Source: Paraphysomonas bandaiensis
Taxonomy: Eukaryota > Protista > Chrysophyceae
Length of the DNA: 64,000 bases
NCBI GenBank assembly: GCA_965644295.1
Contig: CBFFRP010000151.1
Coordinates: 107,221-171,220 of the forward strand
Direction of reading: 5' to 3'
Shown here: piece by piece, positions 13,560-27,600 of the stretch
How the letters are laid out: each line of letters opens with the position of its first letter
Numbering within the stretch: the first letter of the stretch is position 1
The notes under the pieces: generated by a model
What the model was told of the DNA's origin: nothing
Database searches by the model: none
Seen by the model: the letters and a program-made list of their open reading frames with translations, nothing else
Made by a program: the position numbers and the translations under genes

Positions 13560-13890
13560 TAGCCTGTCAAGTTATGACACAATTGGATGATTTACTATGT
13601 TAACTGGACGTGTATTCACTCATTATTATTAAAATTATAATAATCAATATCTCTTCTCATTCATCAATTTCATGTATATCTCTACAACCAATCGTTTCTC
13701 GTACGATCTTACATCGTCACTATCTTGTATGATCAATATATTATATTCAGTTTCATTACTACAGTAGCTATCATGTTGTTAGTTCTCATAATACTGTTAA
13801 CCACTATTGTATACTTCGACTAACGGTCATAAATCCAATACCTTAGAATGACAGCTTTTCATTGCTCAAACAGCAAAACTCAACAAAGTC
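13560..13890 (-). repeat. Dispersed repeat family A, copy 2 (inverted)
   Basis: Reverse-complement match to 2745-3020. Confidence 0.8.
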
Positions 13891-14494
13891 CTCATTATTT
13901 GTGTTGATTTCTGCAGTATGCTACGATATGTATTGTACAATTGAAATGAGTTAATAGTGTGCAATAGGTAAATTACCAGTAATAATAGATGCAGAATCAA
14001 CTGCAGCAGTGTCTACCCACTCCTTATAGTGGGTTCCTCAATATAACTCCACCTCGGAATACTGTCTTTTTTTACTGGAGGAGATATGAGGCTTCTCTTG
14101 GTGGGCTACACTCAATATTAGGTACATTACACAAACAAGCATATATACAAAAGTATTTGGGGTGTGCTTTCATAAACAAGTTGATATCATTGAAGGCATG
14201 AACAGTCCCACATATCCTAATGACAGTCACAATATTGTCATCAGGAGAATTGCTCATAGAGTGGTTATTATCATCATCATCATCATCAGATGATGCCACA
14301 TACACTGCAGCTTCATTTATGTATATGTCTATATTATAATATCAGAATGATTGATTGCGTAGAAAGGGTTGCTACTACGGAAGCTTAGTGTTATAAAGGC
14401 ATTTCATGTAAGCATTTATTTAACCTGCCCGTAAGTAGCTATAAACTCCAGTGGGTTTCATATAGAGCATCTATAATCATATAATTGTATATTT

Positions 14495-14598
14495 TTGAGG
14501 CAACAATTCTATGTATTCCAGCCGTAGTTGTACTTCAGCTATATAGAGTATACTTGCTTCAATTTATTCCCGACAAAATAAGATGCTGACGCCGATAC
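14495..14598 (+). repeat. Conserved ~105-bp upstream module (family B), copy 2
   Basis: ATGTATTCCAGCCGTAGTT...CAATTTATTCCCGACAAAATAAGATGCTGAC; directly abuts the (CATA)n array. Confidence 0.8.
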
Positions 14599-14602
14599 GG
14601 TG

Positions 14603-15458
14603 TACATACATACATACATACATACATACATACATACATACATACATACATACATACATACATACATACATACATACATACATACATACATACATACATA
14701 CATACATACATACATACATACATACATACATACATACATACATACATACATACATACATACATACATACATACATACATACATACATACATACATACATA
14801 CATACATACATACATACATACATACATACATACATACATACATACATACATACATACATACATACATACATACATACATACATACATACATACATACATA
14901 CATACATACATACATACATACATACATACATACATACATACATACATACATACATACATACATACATACATACATACATACATACATACATACATACATA
15001 CATACATACATACATACATACATACATACATACATACATACATACATACATACATACATACATACATACATACATACATACATACATACATACATACATA
15101 CATACATACATACATACATACATACATACATACATACATACATACATACATACATACATGCATACATACATACATACATACATACATACATACATACATA
15201 CATACATACATACATACATACATACATACATACATACATACATACATACATACATACATACATACATACATACATACATACATACATACATACATACATA
15301 CCTACATACAGACATACCTACATACAGACATACATACATACATACATACATACATACATACATACATACATACATACATACATACATACATACATACATA
15401 CATACATACATACATACATACATACATACATACATACATACATACATACATACATACA
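14603..15458. repeat. (CATA)n tetranucleotide microsatellite, ~855 bp
   Basis: Near-perfect array upstream of NSA2. Confidence 0.98.
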
Positions 15459-15830
15459 CTCCACCCACTCATTCTTCTACACAGCAACCATTTCCCCCTG
15501 TACACATATTCTTCCTCCTAATGATTGGTGAGGGATCTCTTATCATTCTAATGGACATACACATCTATACTATGAGAAATTCCTCTACTCTCCTACATAC
15601 ACATACATACATACATACATACACATACATACATATACATACATACATACCACTCCTCTCCATATCACTCTCTCTATAGGAACATTATCATATTAACAAG
15701 GCAATTTATCGTACATCTTGTAGATATTAAATAAACTAATTCATAAAACTTTGTGAATATATCTGTGGATTTGTGTTACATCTCTTCGTTTGATTCTTCA
15801 TAGATTTATCTTATTAACAGTTAATTAAAG

Positions 15831-16810
15831 ATGGTATGTATATATAGAGAGATACATAGAGATAGTGATCTAATTGTATTATATAGCCACAACATGAACA
15901 TATGGAGCGGCATAAAAAGCTGCATGGTGTCCGTATGGACCAAATGGAGAGAGAGTAAGTGTATATATATTGTATAGTATGGTGAAGTGTATGTATGACA
16001 ATGGAGCTCATATGTTTTATGTATATAGCCGTAAAAGGGAGGCCAGACGTGCTCATAAAATCTCTCAGTTTGCTCAGAAGTCATTTGGTCTTCGTGCTAA
16101 ATTGTTTAATCAAAAGCGTTTCAAGGAGAAGGCTGCAATGAAGAAGACCCTTGCTCTTCACCAGCAGGGAAGCAACAAGCATGCTAACGATGAGAAGATG
16201 ACAGACGGTATGTGTCCATCCCTTCTATTATATCCATCTTTCTGCTATACTGAATTTGTATAATACTTTCCCCTCAGGAGCTGTTCCTGCTTATCTTTTG
16301 GATCGTGAGGAGGTTTCCCGGGCCAAGGTTCTGTCTAACACGGTCAAGCAGAAGAGAAAAGAAAAGGCTGGAAAGTGGACAGTCCCCATACCTAAGGTCA
16401 AGCCAGTAGCGGATGATGAAATGTTCCGTCAATTCAAATCCGGAAAACGCCAAAAGAAGAACTGGAAGCGTATGATCACAAAGGTTACATTCGTGGGTGA
16501 TGCCTACACCCGTAAAGCTCCAAAATACGAGAGATTTATCCGCCCGACTGGTCTTCGGTTTAAGAAAGCCCATGTTACACATCCTGAACTTAAAACAACC
16601 TTCTGTTTGGATATCCTGGGGGTTAAAAAGAACCCATCCTCCTCATTATATACTAACCTCGGTGTGATCACCAAAGGTACTATTGTTGAGGTCAATGTGA
16701 GTGAGTTGGGTCTGGTTACACAGTCTGGCAAGGTTGTATGGGGGAAATATGCACAAGTTACCAACCACCCTGAGATGGACGGATGCATTAATGCGGTGTT
16801 GTTGGTGTAA
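15831..16810 (+). CDS. NSA2: Ribosome biogenesis protein NSA2
   Basis: Exons 15831-15833 (ATG only), 15887-15954, 16029-16207, 16278-16810 give [15 protein letters not shown]...[11 protein letters not shown]...[24 protein letters not shown]...[22 protein letters not shown]. Confidence 0.97.
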
Positions 16811-17575
16811 GAGGAAACCTTAGTCTAGATACTCGATGTACGGAAATAGTTTCTAATAATTATATTTATGCCTTGAAACAAGTTCTGGGTAGTTATGCAT
16901 TTTTAGCAAGCTTGCAATTTTAGTATAATGGAATAAAATAGCACTGTACTACGCATGCTCTTATCGCTTGCCCATCCCTATAACTATAGCAGACTGGGGT
17001 CGAATTCCTGCGATATCAGTGGAGCATGGAAATTAATTTGTTTACCTTCTGTCTACTCGTGTACTCTACTCTGGTTGAAAATTATTTTATCGGTGGCCAA
17101 ACTCGGTATCCATAGGCTCTGCAACGTACCTATCGGAACTTCGTGCATACCTCATAGCTTATAGCCTAATAGGTAGTCCTATCAACATTACATATAGGTA
17201 AATGCCGATCACTCACAGTTGTAGCTCATAGGTACCATCACACACCCATAGGCCATAGGTGATAATATGAGTATTTATAGCTCATGTAAAGTGATTCCGT
17301 ACATTTGGTAGAGTTGATACAGGTAAGTGATTCTTTTCCTCAGAGTCAATGCTACATGTGGTGATATATATTTCTAACATATAAATGATGCTATATATAG
17401 TGATGTTTACTTCCAATACGCCGAAATGAAATATCTTCCCACCCCCGCAGCGATCGACTACATTTGAACGTAAAGTCAATAGAAAAGTGCTCCTTATTAT
17501 CAAAATAAACGCAATAAAACGCATAATCATTATAAACAATTGCAAAGTTATATGTACCACTTTCCCACTCATTGT

Positions 17576-17878
17576 CTATAGATCATCATCATCATCGTCG
17601 TCGTCATCATCATCATCATACGGACTCTTATACTTAAGTTCTTTACATACTTTCCATACAGGATGCCACATACAATTAGATGCTTTATATCTAAATGGAG
17701 AAACAGTTTCAAGAAATTCACCTGCAAAATCACGTCTGTATACTACAGTAGCTACCAGTGTAGCTAATAAAGCATATCCAGTAAGATCTACAACAAAATC
17801 TATAGTCAAAACTTTAGACATTCCTTTTTTAAAATGTTTTCTTAATAATCTGATATCTCTACCAAATGATGGATACAT
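17576..17878 (-). CDS. Small 100-aa protein: basic N-terminus, one hydrophobic segment, poly-Asp tail
   Basis: Intact ORF with the same A/T-biased codons and upstream TATG/TA repeats as neighbouring genes. No family recognised. Confidence 0.55.
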   Translation of the reverse strand: MYPSFGRDIRLLRKHFKKGMSKVLTIDFVVDLTGYALLATLVATVVYRRDFAGEFLETVSPFRYKASNCMWHPVWKVCKELKYKSPYDDDDDDDDDDDDL

Positions 17879-18307
17879 TATTTCAATGATTAGTTTTAAT
17901 TATATGTATATAATTCTTTGAATGATAGTTTAATATGTATGTATATATATATATGTATGTATATATATATGTATGTATGTGTGTATGTATGTGTATTCAT
18001 AGTATAGTGCTGCTACTGCTGCTGTAAGCCACACATAAACTACTACGACAGGACGTACAGTATAGACATATACATATACATGTATACCAGTATATATTCA
18101 GAGTATTTCCAAAATCCGAAATATGATGCAGAGAAAATCAGAGAATTTGAATATTTATAGTTAGATTATTATAGAATTTTGATATTTATGGTCATAAAAA
18201 ACATGTTTTTGATGTCTTTAGCTAGAAAGTTGTATTTTTTTCCTAGAAATTTATGCGACTTTCAGAAGAAGGGGAAAGGAACCCTCTATTTTTAACAAAC
18301 AAAGTTT

Positions 18308-18952
18308 AAAATCTCCCCTTTTTTATGTTTTATGGTGTATAATTCTGTGATATTTATGATATTTCAGATATCGCCCACATATACAGAGTACATACTGTAT
18401 AGTATGTGATAATCTCCCCTTTTTGATATTTTTATGTTGTAAATATTGGGATATTTATGATATACAGTATATATCTGTTGATCTCCCCTTTTTGATATGT
18501 ATACGTTGTAAATATTAGGATATTTATGATATCGCCCATATACATTATAATCTCCCCGTTTTGATATTTATACATAGAACTGGAGGATCATACTGCTGTT
18601 TTTCAAGGGGATTATCTGAAATATCATAAATATCCCAATATTTACATCATGAAAATCTCAAAAGGGGTATATACAGTTAATGGGGGGGATATATATCCCA
18701 ATATTTACACAATGAAAATATCAAAAAGGAGTATCCTGTATATATGGGCGATATCTGAGTGTTCTATATATAATATACACTTAGAACTGGAGGATCATGA
18801 AGGGGGATTATCTGAAATATCATAAATATCCCAATATTTACAACATAAAAATATCAAAAAGGGGAGATTATCACATACTATACAGTATGTACTCTGTATA
18901 TGTGGGCGATATCTGAAATATCATAAATATCCCAATATTTACGTCATAAAAA
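18308..18952. mobile_element. Foldback-like element built of inverted arrays of ~50-70 bp subrepeats
   Basis: 18351-18462 is the reverse complement of ~18818-18929. ATCTCCCC-TTTTGATAT units on the left are mirrored by ATATCCCAATATTTAC/GGGGATTAT units on the right. Confidence 0.75.
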
Positions 18953-19049
18953 TATATATAGAACACCAGTTCTATGTGTATATATATATAGAGAGAGAGA
19001 GAACACTCATTACTTTAACTATCTCATATACACACATAACATCATCATA

Positions 19050-20947
19050 ATGACTTCATTATCAACTGATATTCTTCATTGGGGTATTCTTGGATGTGCT
19101 AATATTGCCCGTAAGAACATTACTGCCATTAATGCCTCTAGAAACTGTAAACTCATAGCTATAGCCTCACGTCGTATTGATAAGGCACAAGCATATGCTA
19201 ATGAATTAAATCTCTCATCAGATATTCTACTATATGATTATAATGAATTATTAGATGATAATAGAATACAAGCTGTATATATACCTTTACCTACAGTATG
19301 TCATATGGAATGGGTTAGTAAAGCTGCTCATGCAAAGAAGCATATCTTAATAGAGAAACCTGTTGCAATATGTGCATCTGATTTTCAAGAAATGATTGCA
19401 ATATGTGCAAAAAATAATGTTTTATTAATGGATGGGACTATGTTTATGCATCATCCAAGGACAATGAAACTCAGAGAATTATTGGATAGTGATGAAATTG
19501 GAGCTGTTCGACGAGTACGAGCGGATTTTAGTTTTAAAGGGGACAGAGAGTTTTTTCAGGGAAATATTCGAGTTAAGGCAGATGGAGACCCTTTAGGTGC
19601 ACTAGGAGACTTAGGTACATCTCTGTTGTGGAACGTGTGTGGTATTTTTAAGCACTGGGGTGTACTGTATTGTAGCCTTGTAAGTCAGCGCAGTCTGTAT
19701 ATCTGGGACTAATATGCTTTATTTGTATTTCTATTAGGCTGGTATTGTGCAAGATTAGGGCTACTAGTTTATAGTCCACATAAGACAATTCGCTACCCTC
19801 TCTCCTGTAGAGCAATATGCACACAGTGGACTGACGACAAGGTAACCACCAACATGTGAATATGTATTACGTAGCACAAAGGTTTTACCTTCTCGGAATG
19901 TAACTCAGTAGATGGTATATGGTCTACTCTTATGAATTATTCCATAATTGATACGTTTATCTCTTATACATATTGTCCGTAGGTTCCACTGGACGTTGAG
20001 TGTTTAGTGTTCTTCGGAGAGGATCAAACTGAAGTGTTGTCGTTTAGTGCGAGCTTCATGCTTCCCTTAAGGTGAACATATGCACGTATTTTTGATGTCT
20101 ACAATACCTTATACTCGTATAGACAGGGATTTGAGATCTGCTGCACAGCTGGTAGTTCATTGCACGGAGATGAGGTCGGCCACACTACTCTATTTTGGTT
20201 ATATTTCATATAATGGAGTGTACTACGGAGTGCAGTAATGCACATGGCATTCTATGTTATGTGCTTGAAATATATATAGTACTGTAGTTGTTAACTGTCC
20301 AAATATGTTTAAATATGGGACTATATATATACCGATTATTAGCGCTAATTGATGCTGTGTACTGTCGAGAGATTTTATATAGCACTGATGTATTGTTTAG
20401 GTTCTACAGTGTGATGATTTTGTCTTGCCAACATCGCCAACTGAGGCTCGGTACATGAGAGATATTAGTCCTTCGGAAGGTATATTTTACTTTACGTACG
20501 ATACAGTGGGTACAAAGGATATTGCACTTGATTATGAGCTGGACATTGAGCCATACTGCGATATACTTTGACCATTATACTTTTGTACAGAAATGAGAGA
20601 GAGGTCCTCCAATCTCTCACACAGTCATGTTCCGGAGATATGCTCCACTGTCAGCGAGCAGCAGGTGCTAATGTTCGAGGAATTCGCAACCACTGTCCTC
20701 TGTAATGAGAAGAATTCTGGAAAATATTGGGCTCAGGTGTGAAGTTGCATGATACTTATGCCATGACTCTCCTTGTATACTTTATAAGGCATCAAACTGC
20801 GTTATACTTTTATCTTCAATGTGGTATTCATAGTGGAAAATGCAGATTGCATTGGCTACGCAGGCTATAATGGACGCATGCTACACTTCCATGAAAGAGG
20901 GTGGTATTACTGTTCCTGTGGAAAATTATCTCGAGCACTTCATTTGA
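19050..20947 (+). CDS. Gfo/Idh/MocA family NAD(P)-dependent oxidoreductase
   Basis: Rossmann GILGCANIARK, AVYIPLPT..H, HILIEKP and GALGDLG|WYC motifs. About 7 exons, ending ..IMDACYTSMKEGG..HFI*. Confidence 0.9.
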
Positions 20948-21324
20948 AGTGTAGAGTGCTTGAAAATGCTTAATTAGAGTAATAGCTAGCGTACTGATGT
21001 ATCTGCAGTGTTAGTTGCTAGCTACTTGGCTTCTCTATAGACCCAAACCAGTGTTTACCCGAATTCATGAGTAAATGCAAAATTCCAATCGTGACTCTCT
21101 TAATAATAATGTTTCACTGGATATTTTATCCTTGCAGCTGTGTAGTTAGTAGCAGTAAGATATTACATAAATGAAAACTGCAGCTTGGACAAGGAATGGA
21201 TCACCTTTACAGATGGGATTTCATGATTCAATGGTAGGCTATTAGAATTTGAATGTAAATTGGCGAAAGAAGGTTTTCGAAAATAGTAGGTTTAATTACG
21301 TTGAGTGCTGCAATGCGAAATAGA

Positions 21325-21497
21325 TTGTGCAACTGAAGTAGTGAGGTAATTGTGCAAGTGTGCAATAGGTGAAATCAACTCATATGTGTAAAGAGATTAT
21401 AGTTACAAAGAAAGTAACTGATGTGTGACTATATATAAGATATAGGAGTGACTGTGTCGAACATATGATAAACAAATGCTGCTGAGAACAGATCTAA
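21325..21497 (+). repeat. Dispersed repeat family D
   Basis: GTGCAATAGGTGAA.TCAACTCATA...GATGTGTGACTATATAAGATATAGGAGT...AACATATGATAAACA is shared with 38420-38612 and partly with 13910-13975. Confidence 0.75.
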
Positions 21498-21608
21498 TAG
21501 TGGCTGGGAAATATGGACAAATTTCATTGAATAATTCGAGATTACAGCATAAAATCGGGTACTTCTCTATTCGATTGTAGTATTGCACTGATCACATATA
21601 TTATATAT

Positions 21609-24600
21609 TCAGACAGTGTCATCAAACGATCCCCGCAGCATAACTCCTCTATTTTCAGCCACTGACAACATTTCATGCAACACCGTACTAGATATGCTAT
21701 CTATGCTTCCTTCACTATCCAACCTAACAGTATCCACATCACTTTTGTCACTTTCCCGCAAATCCACCAACAACAAATCTACTAAACACGGTTCAGTAAG
21801 TATAATACGATTCCAAAGGGCTCCTTGTATAGCCGAAATATCCCTCCCATATATCACACATAAGCTGACAAACTTCGGCGACTTACTTGCACTGCCATCC
21901 CCTGAAAATAAGTGTACAAGTCGTCGATGGATGTCTTCTATAAGCTGTCGTCGACGTATGACTCCTATTGATCCCATTGTACCATAATATTCACGAGTCG
22001 TGTGCAAACTATGGATGTGGCAAGCTTCCAGGTGGATGTACAACTGCCATACATCTACACAAGCCCTTCTAATACATACCAAACCGGCATCGCCGTTTTT
22101 GGAATCTAACCCTACACCGTGTTGAAGTGAGCGCTCATAACTCCTTGAAGAATCCACATTGCGTACTGTACGCAGCCAGTTATTTTCAATATAACGGAGT
22201 AATTTTACACGATCTTCCAACTTCCAATTTACGGCATTGTATGGGTTGAGAGATTCTCTGTATGTGGCATATGCGGTGGGATTTCCACGTATACAACCTT
22301 GTACTGCGTTGTACACCATAAAACATAGTTGAATAGCGTTGCCAAAGGAGCTCATATTAATGCAATACAGCTTTCTCTGTATACCCTTCAACATGGATGA
22401 CATTGCAGCCCATCCTCCGGGTGAGGGTCCTAGGGGTCTAGGAACACCGCTTACTCCAATCTCAATGGCCATCGCAATATGCCACAAACACCTATCACAT
22501 TCATCAATCAGAGCTAAAAAAGGCGTGATTACTGTATATTACAAAAATAAAACAAATACCAGGTACAGCATCGTTGATAATAGAACAATACAGAAATGAA
22601 ATATCGAGTAGCGTTAATGCCTACCCATTCAAAGGAAAGTCCTCTATAGCTTCATGTACTACACCACGCAGGTGCCCCTTATTTTTCTCAGCATGATAGG
22701 GGTCAATGCTATCATTACTTGATTGCCAATATATAAACATTGTCAACAGAAAGCGAATCCTACAAATATTAATCGATTTCGTCAGTACAAAGGTGTGTAA
22801 TTCGTTGCAATTTAGAACTTCATTCAAACTATAAGCCCTTCGTTGAGGACCACACCATTCACTACACTATACACGTAGCAAAGTTCGATATAAATCACAC
22901 AACATCTACATGCACAGAAATAGTGCATATACCACAGTTTCATATGCTGCTGCAGCAAACAATATTATGTACCTCGCAATGTGCAGGTGTTCTATGCACA
23001 ACAGCACACTCTTCTCCTCATGGGACCTTACACACTCCTTTTCGTATACTGTTCCCTCGAAAACTCCTCGGTGTTCGACCTCTGAAACTTCTTGACACTT
23101 TCTTCGTCGCGCTTGAAACGTATACGGATCTTCCACTGGATTCTCGGATAATGGACGGCACTTGGAGCCATATAACAGCATACGAAGGCGTTGCAAATAA
23201 TCGCGGAACACTCCATCAGCCCCAACTGAATCACACACCTGCAATTTCCAAATATATATTATAAGAAATACCCAGAAAGTATAGTGTAGGCTACAAACCG
23301 GCCTGCTATCTAAGTCGACTAGACAGATACACGCCTTACCTCAGTATTCATATCTTCGTTCCCACCAGTAAGACAAATCCACCAGGCATACAAACTCACA
23401 GCATAGTATAATCCCTGTGAACAAGTACAGAACGCGTCAGATGCATGAAGAAGTATATTGTGTGGCTTAATGCAACTCTGGAGTGATACATAGTTTGCCT
23501 GCTACAGAGCTATATAATCATTGTGCTGAATCATATACTATACCGGGAGCTCAGATGTGGATATAATACGCGGAGAGTCTAGTCGGACAGCCTCTATGTC
23601 CTTCTCTGTCTGTACTCGTTGTCTCTCAGCAAGAACATTGTTTTCAGAATCTTTAAACAGCTCCTAAATTCGGCAGAATAAGTAAATATATATTAAAAAT
23701 ATGCAGAACATCAAATCACTAGTCAATCTGGGGTCATAATATATGATGTCCGCACTAATGTTATACTTAAGCTTCTACATAAGGGCGTACAACTTACTTC
23801 GCACATAGCCTTCAACTTCTTCGATACATTCCCAATTGTTTCAGTACTCATTAACGTTGGTTCCTTACGCTTCTTCTTTTTATCTTTAGAACCTTTTTTC
23901 CCAACAACTAGTTGGCTAACAACAGCCTGCGATAACTCTGTTCCACCTTCAGATAATTGTGCGATTAGTTGCTTGACTGACTCTGTAACAATTCCTAGAG
24001 GCACTGTTTCCTCATCCTTAACTGTTACATTCGAATAAAGCGAACATGAAATGGACTGATGTAGCTGTGCTTGAATAAAAACTGGTATAGATCTCGACAG
24101 AACTAAGTCGACCGCCTTACAGTAAATTTCTAATGCACCGGGTGTCTTACAGAGAGCTGAATATGCTCGATATTTACGTGTTTCTCGATTCTCCCATTTG
24201 TCATCCGCTTCGGGAGGTCTTTGCAAGGAATGAATTACAGCAGTCTCCGATTGGCAATAATCTCTTGTGAATTGCGACGAATCATACTTCAAGGTTGCCA
24301 CATATGAACCAACAGCTTTCAAAGACATGTCACAGGCCTGAATAGTAATACAGCAAACCATAGTTAAATACGCTACACTTCGACTAGAACACACAAGAAT
24401 TACATTAACATCCCACTGTTACACAATATACAGTATTTTATCTCAGGATGAAAAAGAGTGAATAGAGTTCGCCATGCTTAATATACACAATACCTTTCTA
24501 GCTTGGGTTTCATTGCCAACACTAATCTGGCTATCAATGTACCTCCCCCACACACGTAGACTTGCTGTATTGGAGAATTTACAACCCAGCTCCTCTCCTT

Positions 24601-27600
24601 GTAATATCTTCATACACTGCTCTTTATATAAATGCTCACAATCGTCCGGTGCATTTAGAGTGGTGTTTACGAAAATGTGGGGATTCACACTATAGCATTT
24701 TTTCAGTAGTGCGTTGGTAGCATATCTTATCGAAATAAGAAACAGAAGACAACCCTTCAATGTCGAAGTCATATCATTTGATAAAACATCAATGCAAGAC
24801 GTCGTGATTTGAGAATCAGTACTCAACTGTACAATCTGCTCCACTAATCGAACTATGAAATCCAATGGAGAAGCGAGTCCAATACACACACAGGCAATGT
24901 GGCGTCGTAACAAAGTGGTGGTGCATCGGAAGGGTTGTTGAACGTCATAGATTGCCGACATAGGGCATCCATTCAAACCTAATAGACCGCTGTGTTCTCC
25001 GCAGTCATCACCAGATATATCCGAACTCGATTGTGAAAGTATTTTGGATAGCAAGCTCTCTAACTCTCGTATGAAAGTAGTTTTATGATTGTCTGGACGT
25101 GACGAATCTATGGACAAATGCAAAACTTCGTTCCAATAAGCTGAGAGATATGAAGATACCCCAAATAAGGACGATCCAACAGATTCCAGAACTTTCGTTG
25201 GGTTGTGGGAAACCTATATACATGAGAAAAAACAAGACACAGAAGTCAATAAAAAGAGTACCATAAAAAGAAAATGTTGATAGTGTGTTTAGCATCCGTA
25301 GATATAGTTTACTTACGGGCCACTTACATCACTCAAAGGAAAAAGCATCCCCAAGAGTTCAAGAGACCTCAGCACTAGCCTAAAAATTAATGAGTACATT
25401 ACAACCCATTGGTCGCATTAACATTAAATACAACTACTAAGACAATACAGACACAAAATATACCGAGTCATTAGATATATGCTTCAATCACAAGTACAAT
25501 AACAATTCTATGAAAATACCTATTTCTCCCTGAAACAGAGCGCAACACCGTCACTCGGTCCTTAATGTCATCAACAAATACCACCCTGGACAACCATCAT
25601 TAAATATATTCCGTTTGTAGCGGAACTGTTATACTGTACTACATATTCAGAAAATGATAAATGCAATATTACGGCATGTTTTACATGTTGGTATCACAAT
25701 GGTGAACTACACAATTCAATTATGTGCTAAATAAAATCTGCAATTACACTGTGATATAGCCAGCTATCACTCACCTATCTGGTTGTGCATCAGCTGCGGC
25801 AGAGTCACAATCAGCACCAGCTCTCAAAGGTCTCCATTGAATACTGTGTAAAATGTCTGCATACATATATCAGTTTACATAAAATTTAGCGCGCATAGCG
25901 CTATAAAACTATCAGCATTGTTGTACATATCTGCAGACACCAAATTTAATGAGTTCATTCTAGAGTATGCTACCTTCACGAGCCCATCTCACTAGCAGCT
26001 CTGAATTTTCAGGAAGAACACGCCTTCTTAGTTCAGCCACCTTCGACTCGCCCCCTGGCATATACTTCTTTACGATATCTTCAGCGGACATAGTCGATAT
26101 ATCTTCATCCTAAAGGAGCGCAAGCCAGACATTTTGTTAAGTATTGCATACGTAGTAATATGTTATACATATTTCAATCAAGTTGTGCATAGAGTTCAGC
26201 GAAATATGATGTGACATGATATTGTCTGTATTGGAGGTGTACATTCGTGTTAGCAGTATCAAATATACCTTGATATCACCTAGCACTTTCTTGTAGGCTA
26301 ACGTAGTATCTTCTTCGTCGACCTTAATACGATATCCATGAACCCTAGAGTATACCATGCCATCATCGCTGCTAGATTTCACTGTTTTCGATTGATCGTG
26401 CTGGTCTAAATTATCAGTTGGAGTAGGTGGCAAATCAAATTGACTCAAAAATTCTTGTGCGCGGAGCTTGTTGATATCATCAACTGAATCAGTTGTCATT
26501 GTCACAGTCCCTGATTTCTCAAGAATTTCTGTGGAAGCAGAAACAATGGCGGAGGGATGGCAGCTACGTTCTTCTGGTAATCGCTGATCATCAGCCTGAA
26601 CGTGATCTTGAACTTCCATTTCATTTTGATCGTCCTGCGCATCAGTAGGAATAGGAGAATGGGATCGGGGCAACAATGACGAAAGTGCCTGAATACAGTT
26701 CTCGGCTTTCGCAAAGTATTCTAACGGAGTGGGTTCGATATCAAACACATGACCTGTGGAGCCACCGGAGACAGTCCATCCATCGAGAGGCTTGCACTGC
26801 TTCACCCAATCCAAATAACCATTGCCATCTGTGATAACAGAATTTAAAGTCCACAGTAACACCCGATACAATAGCAAGATATACAAATTGTGTGTATTAT
26901 CACAAACGGATAGTAGCTTACTTGCTGCGGTGTCACCAATTCTGGCATAGTCAGATTCCCAGTACTGAACAAATTCATTTATGACCATTTCTGTCCACTC
27001 CTCTGTGCTTGTATTGCTCTCATGAGTGACCTCTTTATCTCGCATCATACGAGGATGTATACTGAGATTTACTTCAAGCATTGCCTACACATAGTGTGGA
27101 CAAATTAGGTAGAGACACTCATAGAATGGAGCTGTTTTATATACTTGCAAAACAATACTGTATACATTGGTTGAAGGGGTAGTTGAACACATGCATGACC
27201 ATCTAACCTGTAGTAGGGATGTCGTTTTCTCCCACGATCCTCCCTGAAGCTCAAGAGAACACGTCGAAAAGAGGTTGTCTACAGCAAAGGCATCTATGTC
27301 CTCCTACAATAACGGTTAAAATAATGCGTTTAATCAAGTTCAAGGCAGCTCCATATAAATGCAATTTGTGACCTGTAATCTTATCGGAATGGGGCTTAAA
27401 GCTGACCTAAACGTGCCCCCGCCACCTCTCGATAGCATCCTCACTGCCAGTTTGTTCTTCGCTTCCTTTATCACAGCGATATATTGTGAACGTATACTTT
27501 CCACGGTGAATGGAATACAAAGAAAGGAGCTGTGAATTTGTGTTTCCCACGGTGCCGGTGGAATGCAGAAAGACCTAGTGTGAGATGCATAGGCCATTCG

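Noticed and set aside
13598-13885. Family A as a solo LTR (TGTT...AACA ends)
   Set aside because: Similarity between copies continues past the putative terminus, and no TSD is present.
14072-14305. 77-aa ORF with an Asp run
   Set aside because: No recognisable motif or convincing splice partners; may be a decayed fragment.
14539-15679. Long ORFs of (MYVC)n/(HTYI)n, also at 48445-49831 and 56764-57210
   Set aside because: Stop-free translations of the (CATA)n microsatellites. The apparent N-terminal extension on CCP is the same artefact.
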